This document shows, one piece after another, positions 53,681 through 64,000 of a stretch of 64,000 nucleotides of DNA (positions are counted from its first letter, which is position 1; every line of letters begins with the position of its first letter). Under the pieces are notes generated by a model that was not told the DNA's origin, made no database searches, and saw nothing but the letters and a program-made list of their open reading frames with translations. Origin of the DNA: Mizuhopecten yessoensis (lineage: Eukaryota); NCBI RefSeq assembly GCF_002113885.1, contig NW_018404202.1:456631-520630 (forward strand), given 5' to 3'. A program made the position numbers and the translations under genes.

Positions 53681-55314
53681 AATGTTTGTTATATAGTAAC
53701 ATACTGTATCGAAACAATGTATACCTCGTTTTTGTAGATTATGCTATTTAAGCTTGTACATGTTTTCGCCATGTGTACATGCATATTTACCTATTTCATT
53801 TCTTTATATTATGTTAATATGTTGCCTGGGCTTTACGTGTAGATGACTTTGAATGCATTTTTTATTGTAAACATATATCTTGCCAAAAGTGGACAAAGGG
53901 ATTGGACACAAGTTATTACAGCTCGTCAACGCCTTCTCCCTATGTACATTTTCAATGACATTACAAAAGTGACAACAAGTATTTACAATTGTAAATACAA
54001 TTTGAACTCAAAATCTCTTGCTAGATTTAATAAAGTTTTGCATACATCTAAAAATGTTTCTGTAAATGTTCATAGAAAATTGAGAATTGCCAAACAAAAT
54101 TATTTCTAAATTGAACGCAATATTTAAATTATTTAAGTCTTGAACCAGAGTACGTCTGTCGTTTGTAAAAATGTGACATTCCAAAAAGTGGTGAAAGACA
54201 TTCTTACAAGGATGCCCACAATTACAAGCTGTACTCTCAACAAGGTTAACTCTAAAGAGGTCATAATTAAGGGAGCTTCACTGATGTCTGAGCTTAGTGT
54301 GCAAAATATCAAGTTTTACGATTTACGAATTAAAAGTAGATAGGTGTAATTGATTAAACAGGTTTTGAATCAATTTATAGCGGGCAAGGATGGAACCGAG
54401 TTTTCTAATTTATTCCAACTTTGAAGAGTAGAAGGTATAAAAGAAGAGTTAGTAAGAGATAATCTGAAAGGAGGAATCCTATAGGTATTATTGTTACGTA
54501 AGGCATAACGTGTTTTTTCCAGTTAAATGCGGTAAAAGATGGTTGAAGTATAGGTTATCATACAGAAATTAATATTTTATTATGCATCTTATACAATAGT
54601 TGAAGTTTTCCCTCGTTTCCTTCGATTAAATAGAGTTCATAGACCAGTTTCGTAATAAAAAGTATTAATAGGGGTATAAAAGGAAGTCCTGGTATAATGT
54701 GTGGTGAATTTTGGGGAGAGTTATCTCCCTTAGACCAATAACCCCGCCGACAACCTCGACGTGACATCTCGGCGCGGTTTCTTTACATCTTGCATTGACA
54801 TCCAGCTGATAACACGTGAGTGATTTTCCTCCGCATAGTCTTATAGATTTCGGGAGCTAAGAGCAGTTCCCAACTACATGTTGTGACGGTGTGCAATAGC
54901 ACACACCGAATTCACAGCAAATGCGAGCAGCTTCACGTTTGGCATTTTGAATGTTTACCCTATGGTATCTGTGATGCATCCTTTAATGTTTTGTGATTAT
55001 AACTCGTTGTTTTTAACGTCGTAAGTACTGAGCTAACGTTACTTCGTTTTAAAACAACGTAAAGTAAAACCTAGTGTGTTATCTCTTAGAAATGGTTGTG
55101 TTCTTGTACTTCTTATCGGTAATCTGTTATCATAGAAACATAATGTGTTTACTACGCTATCTTTTTAACAATTAAATTATCAAAAGTATCTATCAATTTG
55201 AAACTTCATATAGTGCGTGTAGAATGAGCACGCAAATAGTATACCACACTTTAAACAAACAAAAAACATGGCCTAACACAGCCAACATTGACATACATTG
55301 GTCGAGTATCATAC

Positions 55315-55368
55315 CGTTAGTGAAACCGTCCGAATTAGCTTTATCAGTGCATATAGTTGAGTTGATGC
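55315..55368 (-). CDS. Receptor gene B exon 2 (Cys micro-exon GINSTICTDKANSDGFTN)
   Basis: tttctttcag acceptor, G|GTATGA donor, 54 nt phase 1-1; homologous to gene A exon 2. Confidence 0.8.
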
Positions 55369-55736
55369 CTGAAAGAAATGATAACACACTTTCATCAGCT
55401 AATCAGTTTATTTTTCAATAAATGTATGGGTTTTGAGGACATTTACACAGTACAATATATCACTTCAGTTAACAAAACTCATTAATTTTAATGGAACTGC
55501 TCAAGAAAATTATATTCTATAAAATAACAAAACGATGACCCCGGAAGTATAATTTTACCGGAGCCAGCAGCTACACAACTCAATGTCTACTCAGGGGAAA
55601 TTCCTGTTTAGCTTGATTTTAAAATATCTATGGTAAATTGGTGTAAAGCAACCGAACGAAATGTTTTACAACTTTAGAAAAGTCCCAAGATTAAAACGAC
55701 AATAAACATAACACAATACTTCCTGTTTGTACTTAC

Positions 55737-55806
55737 CTTGATGATAGAAGCACGTCACTACCAATATATATAAACGTTTATATGATGTTTCCCTCCCGTC
55801 CCACAT
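55737..55806 (-). CDS. Receptor gene B exon 1 (signal peptide MWDGRETSYKRLYILVVTCFYHQ)
   Basis: ATG at 55806, 70 nt, phase-1 donor G|GTAAGT; resembles gene A exon 1. Confidence 0.72.
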
Positions 55807-57044
55807 GACACCTCTACGATCACTTTCCTCGCTCTATTTTTACACAATATGAACAGCAAGTTGTTTAAGATAATGCGTCCCTAGCATTGTTTACAAACCA
55901 CACAGACATTTTAGTACCAGAACGAAGCCTAAAAATAGATTTCAAAACAGGTTTCACGTCGGTATTATATACATGAATATAAAGTCTATTCAACGTCATC
56001 GGAGCGAGACGTCGCTTTCACAGAGGTCTTACGCAGGGGAGATAATGTTAACATCTAGCGCATAGCGTTAGAATTCAGCAGTATAGGTAATACATTTAAA
56101 CAGGTAAGTTAAATGAGAATATAAAATATTATAATAATAATGAATAAAATGTGCTTGATAATGTTTCTCACTTCTTTAATTAACATCTTTCATGCATTGA
56201 AGCCAACGACAAGTTACCACCAACAAATGGATTCTTCATCTAATATTACTGAATAATTACTGGTTCAATTTTATGATGGAATGTATGAAATGATCGCTAA
56301 AAATACGGGGTAAATAAACACATATTTACAGACGTAATAACGTCCTACTTCTATAACATAAACATTTCTTTTTAACATTCCACGAAATAAAATAAGTCCA
56401 GGAATGTATTGTAAAGGATACGAAAATGATTTCCTCAAATAGACACCTTCTAACGTGTGTAAAGGCCCTTTATTATGTAATATACCTACTGGTACTATAA
56501 GAATTTGTACTTGTGGTCTCAAGGTTTCACGAAATGACCCCACCCCTTATCCGAACGATTAGGATTATTAAATATTGTGTGTCGTTATGCCTAAGGCGTT
56601 CATCCTTTAGTACTATCATCACTTTCTATCACCATCTTTGTGGTGTATTCTTTTGTTGTATAGTGTGTGTGATGGTACTGTCCCGTAACGAGACAGTATA
56701 CACCGGGTCACGGTAGTTGGGTATTTGTTGTATAGTGTGTGTGATGGTACCGTCCCGTAACGAGACAGTATACACCACCTTCTCCTCCCGATATTACACG
56801 CTCCAGTAGGCAACACGTTGATCATCAGACACAATCCTACCCCGATTTATGTGTTTTATAAATAGATTCCCTTCTTACAAACTATAGCTCATATATGTAC
56901 CGGGAAGTAAAATATCGAGTTATCACTTTTGAATAAAGTATGTACAGTGTGCGTCGGGTATTGGAATTACTGTATATACAGCGTATGTAGGGAGGGAACA
57001 CGTCTGTACAACACATCAACTTTATACAAACTATACTACAGACA
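55807..57044. promoter_or_regulatory. Putative shared/bidirectional promoter region between divergent genes B and D
   Basis: 1.24 kb between opposing ATGs; TATAAAG near 55978, strong + donor CAG|GTAAGT at 56104 and acceptor at 57041 suggest a 5'UTR exon for D. Confidence 0.35.
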
Positions 57045-57096
57045 ATGAAGCTATGGGACACTGTCTCGGTTTGGACGGCTATCACTGTATACAGAG
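57045..57096 (+). CDS. Receptor gene D first coding exon (signal-like MKLWDTVSVWTAITVYR)
   Basis: acaATG just after a ctacag acceptor; 52 nt, phase-1 donor G|GTATGT; in frame with the 57988 exon; signal peptide only moderately hydrophobic. Confidence 0.55.
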
Positions 57097-57161
57097 GTAT
57101 GTACAAAACAGCAAAATAAACATGTCTATTAAACATTCCTTCAGGTTGGTAAGTATATGAA

Positions 57162-57593
57162 TTATGAGAAGTTTTTTTTTTACACAACCATTAACATTTT
57201 CTATGTGACGTTTCGATGACTAGTACGTTATGTACACTGTCACCTTCATCAGACAAATGACCAGTGAAGCGTATGCACACAAAGGTGTAAAATGTGTACG
57301 AGTTGTCCATAAAATCGATGTCGATTTCGGCTACGAGTTGTTGTATATGTACCGAAATGACTCCATTCAGCTACGCTTTGTTAACACTTGGTAGCTGAAT
57401 TGAGTCATTTCGTTACATATATATATAACAACTGGACATCGATTTTATGGACACCTCGTACACATTTTACACCCTTGTGTGAATACGCTTCATTGGTTAT
57501 TTATCTGATGAACGTGACAGTGTACATACCGTACTAGTCATCGAAACGTCACATAGACAATTGTATTGGCTGTGTAAAGGGAACTTCTCATAA
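57162..57593. mobile_element. ~430-bp palindromic MITE/foldback element in a gene D intron
   Basis: Arms TTATGAGAAGTT...CTATGTGACGTTTCGATGACTAGTACG... pair with ...CGTACTAGTCATCGAAACGTCACATAG...AACTTCTCATAA around a ~16-nt loop near 57375-57390. Confidence 0.8.
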
Positions 57594-57987
57594 GTAAAAC
57601 AAACAATGTCGACTGCATGGACTGAACACACTTGTGGGTCAATTTGAAAACTGATGACATTTGTTGAAATACTTGTATATTGGTTCTATATTACAATAGG
57701 TCCTTTTCATCTTCGGCCTTTCAAATATATCACTGTGTTAATTTTGTACGAAATAATATTAAACCAAAACTGGGAAATGTCTGTAAGATGTGAATGTCCC
57801 TGCTCCCCTCCAAAAAGTAACGGTGGCACTGACGTTCACCTTGACGTCCTGCAACAGTGTTTCATCTGTTAAGAATGTTCGCTTAAGCGACAACACTGAA
57901 TTTGGATGAGACAGGCAGCCAGATACAATATAAGGATCAACAATCTGACATAATCAACTTCTAATACATATAATCTTTACGTTTTAG

Positions 57988-58386
57988 CATCGGTCGTATC
58001 ATCAAGCTCAACTACAACGAACGCATTTACAACACAAACCAGCACATCGACATCCGTCTACACAACAACTGAACCGTTCACAACCACAACTCAACCCATC
58101 ACAACTACAACTACTGAACCCTTCACAACCACAACTCAACCCATCACAACTACAACAGAACTCTTTACTACGACAACATCACCCTTCACAACTACAACTA
58201 ATAGAGAAACATCCGTCACTCTCCCTACCGTAACGTCCACAGACACTACCACAGGAACAACTGTTATACCAACAACAAACATCTTTACTGGGACGAGCAC
58301 GTCACACGTCACAGTACCGTCTACTTCCGGGACAATCATTACAACGGTGTCATCACCCTCTTGTCCACCATACTCATTCCCATACG
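57988..58386 (+). CDS. Receptor gene D Thr/Ser-rich mucin exon
   Basis: gttttag acceptor, G|GTACGT donor, 399 nt phase 1-1 open frame (TTTEPFTTTTQPITTTT...CPPYSFPY); absent from the ORF track on +. Confidence 0.8.
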
Positions 58387-58777
58387 GTACGTATTCTATT
58401 CCATATATATACATATATAAACTACTTGCTCTATAAACGTATTTTGGATGCATTATTCGGTTATTAGGAGTTCTTTCTTAAAACGATTTTCTAACATGAC
58501 GTGTTACCATAGGATTCAGGACCTAGAACTTAGTTTCATCACCCGTTTCTTTACGGGGTTCAGGATGGCTTCCCTTACGTTTTGGTTTCTGCTTTGTTCT
58601 TGTGGTTGATTCATTTTTAAGACTTAGAATTCATATTTTGCTCGTAAAAGACAAGATACATGTATATTCTCTATTTTACTTACAACTTTACAAATATGTT
58701 CTGGACAATCAAACACATGCTATAACTAAGGATGGTTCCGTACACTAGTAAACATGACGTTTATGGTTATGTTACAG

Positions 58778-58856
58778 TCGCCGTTGTTGTCCCTATTGTG
58801 GTAACCTTACTGGTGGTGCTATTGGCGACCGGGGCCAACGTGGTTCTGTACAGACG
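58778..58856 (+). CDS. Receptor gene D transmembrane exon (VAVVVPIVVTLLVVLLATGANVVLYRR)
   Basis: gttacag acceptor, CG|GTAAGT donor, 79 nt phase 1-2, same phase pattern as the TM exons of A and B. Confidence 0.82.
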
Positions 58857-59630
58857 GTAAGTAACGAGGATATGTAAACACAACTTGTATCACGTCATAT
58901 TGTGGTAACCTTACTGGTGGTGCTACTGGCGACCGGGGCCTACGTGATTCTGTACAGACGATAAGTAACGAGGATTTGTAAACACAACTTGTATTACGTC
59001 ATATTGTGGTAACCTTACTGGTGGTGCTACTGGCGACCGGGGCCTACGTGGTTTTGTACAGACGGTAAGTAACGAGGATATGTAAACACAACTTGTATCA
59101 CGTCATATTGTGGTAACCTTACTGGGGGTGCTACTGACTACCGGGGCCAACCTGATTCTGTACAGACGGTAAGTAACGAGGTTATGTATACACAACTTGT
59201 GCCACGTCATAGTGTGGTAACCTTACAGGGGGTGCTACTGGCGACCGGGGCCAACGTGATTCTGTACAGACGGTTAGTAACGAGGATATGTTAACACAAC
59301 TTGTATCACGTCATATTGTGGTACCCTTACTGGTGGTGCTACTGGCGACCGGGGCCAACGTGATTCTGTACAGACGATAAGTAACGAGGATTTGTAAACA
59401 CAACTTGTATCACGTCATATTGTGGTAACCTTACTGGTGGTGCTACTGACTACCGGGGCCAACCTGATTCTGTACAGACGGTAAGTAACGAGGTTATGTA
59501 TACACAACTTGTGCCACGTCATAGTGTGGTAACCTTACAGGGGGTGCTACTGGCGACCGGGGCCAACGTGATTCTGTACAGACGGTTAGTAACGAGGATA
59601 TGTATACACAACTTGTGTCACGTCATATTG
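58794..59630 (+). repeat. 104-bp x8 tandem amplification of the gene D TM exon 3' part and donor
   Basis: Units start at 58794, 58898, 59002, 59106, 59210, 59314, 59418, 59522. Confidence 0.95.
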
Positions 59631-59731
59631 GAAATGTTGATGTTATATAGATGTTGAGTATCAGCACGAGACATAGGAAGTATTGATTTCATACAAACGT
59701 TAAATATCGTTACAAAGATACAAATTTATAT

Positions 59732-59894
59732 TTAAGCATTGAACTGCTTTCAGTCGGCATTCCTAGGCAATATGAATGCCAACTGGACAACGGCAAATTC
59801 AATGAAGCGCGCTAGCGCTTCATGTTAGATTTGCCTTTGTCAAGTTGGAATTCATTTTGGCTATGAATGCTTACTGAAAGCAGTTCAATACTTA
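59732..59894. mobile_element. ~160-bp palindromic MITE-like hairpin in the last intron of gene D
   Basis: TAAGCATTGAACTGCTTTCAGT...ATGAAGCGC / GCGCTTCAT...ACTGAAAGCAGTTCAATACTTA, TA at both ends. Confidence 0.75.
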
Positions 59895-60632
59895 CATTTA
59901 CGATTTTTGGAATCTGTTAATCTCATAGAAAATTTGATTGCATTTACTATTATTCAGCAATAGTTTAAATAATGTATGTATCGTGTATCCTTGCTCAATA
60001 AATAGAAAAGCCATCGCCAAGTGAGGGTCATTGGTATCCAACGTAACAATTATGACGTCACAATAATGATGACGTCAACAATCGGTCCAGGCATTCATAG
60101 CCTATATGAATGTCAACTTAAATTGGTAGGGTTATATACGTAGTGGCAATGCCATACGATGGTAAATATTTAAGAATGGTTGCTATTGTATCATGTAAGC
60201 TATCTGTCAGTTTATACGGCACATGGACATCTTTTTATGTGGATTAGTGGGGGTAGAATTCGGTATTATATTTTGGTATTTCGTCAATTACACTTCTTTA
60301 ACAATGTGAAGTCCAATACGTACTGCGTGTTGACTCACTATTGTCACTACACAAAATACGTTTTATATTTATTTCCATCCTTATACTGGACAACTAATTC
60401 TTAAACGTGGCGTCTCATTACTGAACATTTCTAAACAAATGGTTTTACGATCTCTTATAGATGTTTTGGATGCATATCTAAACGTTTTACAACAAAATGT
60501 GAAAAGGGGCAAAAACTGTCCGATTTTCATTTCTTGAAAATGTGTTCGTTGGTAAAAAAAAAAAAAAAAAAAAAAAAACTACATGTACACGTCTAGAAAT
60601 GTACACCCTAATCTTGTCTTTACATTTTGTAG

Positions 60633-60783
60633 ACGTCTCGCCCTGATACGAGAAACGAAAAATGTTGACGATGTCATGACGCCGACCCCTGCAACGTACG
60701 AAAGCCTTGACGTCAACCGACGAGAAAATCCCTCCGAAATGTACACTGTACTGGAGGGAGAACATGTCTACATTAACACTTAG
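60633..60783 (+). CDS. Receptor gene D cytoplasmic exon with ITAM-like YESL-x11-YTVL and terminal YINT*
   Basis: ttttgtag acceptor phase 2 with CTAAT branch-like site upstream; RLALIRETKNVDDVMTPTPATYESLDVNRRENPSEMYTVLEGEHVYINT*. Confidence 0.8.
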
Positions 60784-61260
60784 TACAATGTACACTGTAC
60801 TGGAGGGAGAACATGTCTACGTTAACACTTAGTACAATGTACACTGTACTGGAGGGAGAACATGTCTACGTTAACACTTAGTACAATGTACACTGTACTG
60901 GAGGGAGAACATGTCTACATTAACACTTAGTACAATGTACACTGTACTGGAGGGAGAACATGTCTACGTTAACACTTAGTACAATGTACACTGTACTGGA
61001 GGGAGAACATGTCTACATTAACACTTAGTACAATGTACACTGTACTGGAGGGAGAACATGTCTACGTTAACACTTAGTACAATGTACACTGTACTGGAGG
61101 GAGAACATGTCTACGTTAACACTTAGTACAATGTACACTGTACTGGAGGGAGAACATGTCTACNNNNNNNNNNNNNNNNNNNNGGGGCATGTCTACGTTA
61201 ACACTTAGTACAATGTACACGGGGGGGGGGGCATGTCTACGTTAACACTTAGTACAATGT
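60738..61260 (+). repeat. 49-bp tandem amplification of the gene D C-terminus and stop codon (at least 9 copies; N gap 61164-61183)
   Basis: Unit AATGTACACTGTACTGGAGGGAGAACATGTCTAC(A/G)TTAACACTTAGTAC. Confidence 0.95.
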
Positions 61261-64000
61261 TAAAATTCGGTCATTGAAATCATTAACTAAACAGTTGGAA
61301 TTGTTTACACCCAGTTTTAACAGACAGATAACGGAGTATAATGGAGGAGAGACAACACTCTTCGTGCTGATTTCTTTTCTTGGCTTTGTTTGAAAACTGT
61401 TAGCAAAAATGTAGACTCCTAGATGCTGATATGCCATGTAATGTTGAATATGCTTCCAGAATATACTCCCTTATGGAACAAAAAGTGCAATCGTTTGAAT
61501 CCCATCAGCCGTTAATTATACCATCAAATCTGTTTCTTTGTGAATACCAATATTGATATTATAATGTCTTATAAATGCATCTTACTTTATAATGTAACAC
61601 TGTCAATTTTACATAAATTGACAAATCGTTGTTTACTTATTGTCTGTATTAGCCACATTATCGTATGACCTTGGTGCCCGTCCACGTTACAGGCCGTACC
61701 TTGTGTGTTTTATGAACGGTTCTCGGCTGTGGCTTTTGACACAATGATAATTGTGTGTAGACGGTTATGTATATTCGGATAAAAAAAAATCTCAATAATA
61801 ATATGAAGTAATAAATGCCTAAATATAACAACTATATCGGTACACTTTAGACTGAAACGTGTTTAGTTACATGTTATTACAGATTATAATTCGTTGTTGT
61901 TAGGAGTGGCATAGTTGTTACGTTACCGGAATGTTTGTAAACGGCACTTAGATTGTATTGCGGGATATCATTATATTATTGGAAGCTACAATTGCAAGTT
62001 GAAAAGTCATTTGTTAAAGTGATATATGTCCGTATCTGTTTGATATTAGCGATATCATCAAGTAACCAACACATGGATTACAGAGTTGACGGAACAGAAT
62101 GTTGTTGTCACGGTCGACAGTTGTGCATTCGTGAGCTTGTATATACAAGACTAATTGATGTTATAGTCATTGTTGACTGTATATAAAATCAAATGCTGGT
62201 GACGTAAGATTGGTATTCAGCAGCTTACGACAATTACACAGAAGAAAGTTGATGGACAAAGTATGTGAATGTACAATGATAAGTAAGGACTGTTTATTAG
62301 TTTTATGGCGATATGATAATTTGAGGGTCTCTCCATGTAGACATTTTTGCCGTAATATGATAAATATATTATGACTATTCTCACTGTTCAATGCCACTGT
62401 GTATATATAGTCTGTGTTTGTTTGCTTAGGCCATTACTATTGTAATCATTCCAAATCAAATTAATCCAAGAGGGCACGTCGCTAAGTTATGAAAACTTCG
62501 CTCCAATCCATTTGTACTGTGTTATGTAATAAACTTGATTTAAACTTAACATACCGATGTTCATATTTTTTCTTGGTCATCGTTTATCCAAATCGAGAAC
62601 CCTCGGCACTTTTCGTAAACGAGAAAAATACGTTTTTTCTCGCATACGGAAAGATCCCTCAGCCAAGTTTTCATCTGAAGTAAAACCATTATTAAAGTGG
62701 TTTCCGATCCGATTATTTTACTAATTGTCATTTTATAATATAACATTTAACACAGAACAATGCGGACAAAAACGTGGGGAAAAGTTCAAAGCGTTATTTA
62801 AAAAAACTGATTCAAACATTTTCACACCTTTGACCCCTGTAATATATGCTGCAGGCCAAATATCATGACACTTGACTCTTCTTTGTCATTTACATCCAGA
62901 TCTGTGACTTTGAAAGTTAGATCATTTGTTCAAGCAACTGGATAGCCCTTTACCAAAGCAAGCTTCTTTCTTAATATCATGACACTAGACCTCTTGGTTA
63001 TTCAGAAGTCGTTGAAATGTCTTAATACATTCGACCCATGTGAACTTAAAAGCGGTATAAGGTCATTCATATGCATCCGAGCATACAATTTGCCAAATAT
63101 AGGCACCATAGACTTTCTGGTGTAACAAAAAAGACGCATGCGACGTTGAAAGTGGGCAAGGTCATTTATTTGAACAAACATTATAGCCCTCAATCCAAGA
63201 ATTCTACCGGTCCAATAGCATCACCCATTCTTTTAAACCAAACTTTGGACGACGAACGGACGACGGATCAGGCAAGTCGAAATGTGTTCCGATCGTGAAG
63301 CATCAAGTTAACAAACGTGAAATTCTTAACATAATATAAGCCTTACAATTGAAAAATGTTTTTAACATATCTATACCTGTTGATAATAATGCCAATGGTC
63401 TGTGCTTCTTGTCATTATATATAGAAATCTTAAAAATAGGCCCCTAAAGTATACGTATACGTTAACGCATAACATTTTAAACGTTTATCTGAAGGGAGCA
63501 TTAATTGTTTTGTAAAACCTGTCAAAACAAATGTTTTTTATCATATTTGGGATATTTTGGGATATATATAGACGTTAGAAGTACTTTGAGCCGTCATTGT
63601 GGAGTATGGGCACGCTCTACGGGAACAATTCACTACTTGTACGTGTATTTTATGTAGTAAGACTTTGCATAGCGCTATCATGCAGGTACATTGGTGACAG
63701 TGTATACGGCTGTGACGGTCAGATGATGCCAAACTACATTGATGATGTATTTCCTCTTAATAACAAGAACTTTAATTACTATGCACTGTAAATAATTTAC
63801 ATTTCGCGAGGTATTTATTTTAGCGTTAATCCACGTGAAGACTCCGTCGTGAAAATATATACTTTGGGGTTTTGGTTTAATTTAGGAATAATTATATCAC
63901 TGTAGCATATCTGTAATGTATGGTTCTCTCATACGCGAATAAACGTAATCATGAGGTGTCAGATCGTGAAATAAAGTGAACGCGAAATATGAGTGATTTA

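Noticed and set aside
55560-55603. Alternative Cys-containing micro-exon candidate for gene B
   Set aside because: Contains an in-frame TAG; 55315-55368 is the clear homologue of gene A exon 2.
62800-63300. Possible Helentron/HINE-like interspersed repeat (TGACC/GGTCA-rich blocks, GGACGACG end)
   Set aside because: Too decayed to define termini without a repeat library search.

Overview
Repeat-rich, AT-rich eukaryotic DNA with spliceosomal introns, LINEs, many minisatellites and N gaps. The repeat styles suggest an invertebrate, probably a bivalve mollusc (inference). Most long ORFs in the ORF track are read-throughs of minisatellites. Manual splice-site reconstruction reveals a cluster of four type I membrane receptor genes. 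Three paralogues lie on the minus strand. Gene C (12539 to <435) runs off the left edge, gene A spans 35569-27317 (about 480 aa) and gene B spans 55806-49778 (about 466 aa). They share a signal-peptide exon, a Cys micro-exon and a ~120-aa Cys-rich ectodomain exon that I cannot assign to a named family. A and B continue with a Thr/Ser mucin stalk, a Gly-rich TM exon and a tail with two ITIM-consensus motifs, further Tyr motifs and a C-terminal T-x-V. Gene D (57045-60783, plus strand, 226 aa) lies head-to-head with B and encodes signal + mucin + TM + a short tail with an ITAM-like YxxL-x11-YxxL. Together this looks like an undescribed paired inhibitory/activating receptor locus. Several tandem arrays are amplified copies of these genes' own exon boundaries. 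Also present: an L1/Tx1 LINE with a target-site duplication in gene A, a broken CR1-type LINE, an older LINE remnant, a tRNA-bearing TRIM/SINE-like element and palindromic MITE-like elements. Gene models are by eye and need RNA-seq confirmation.
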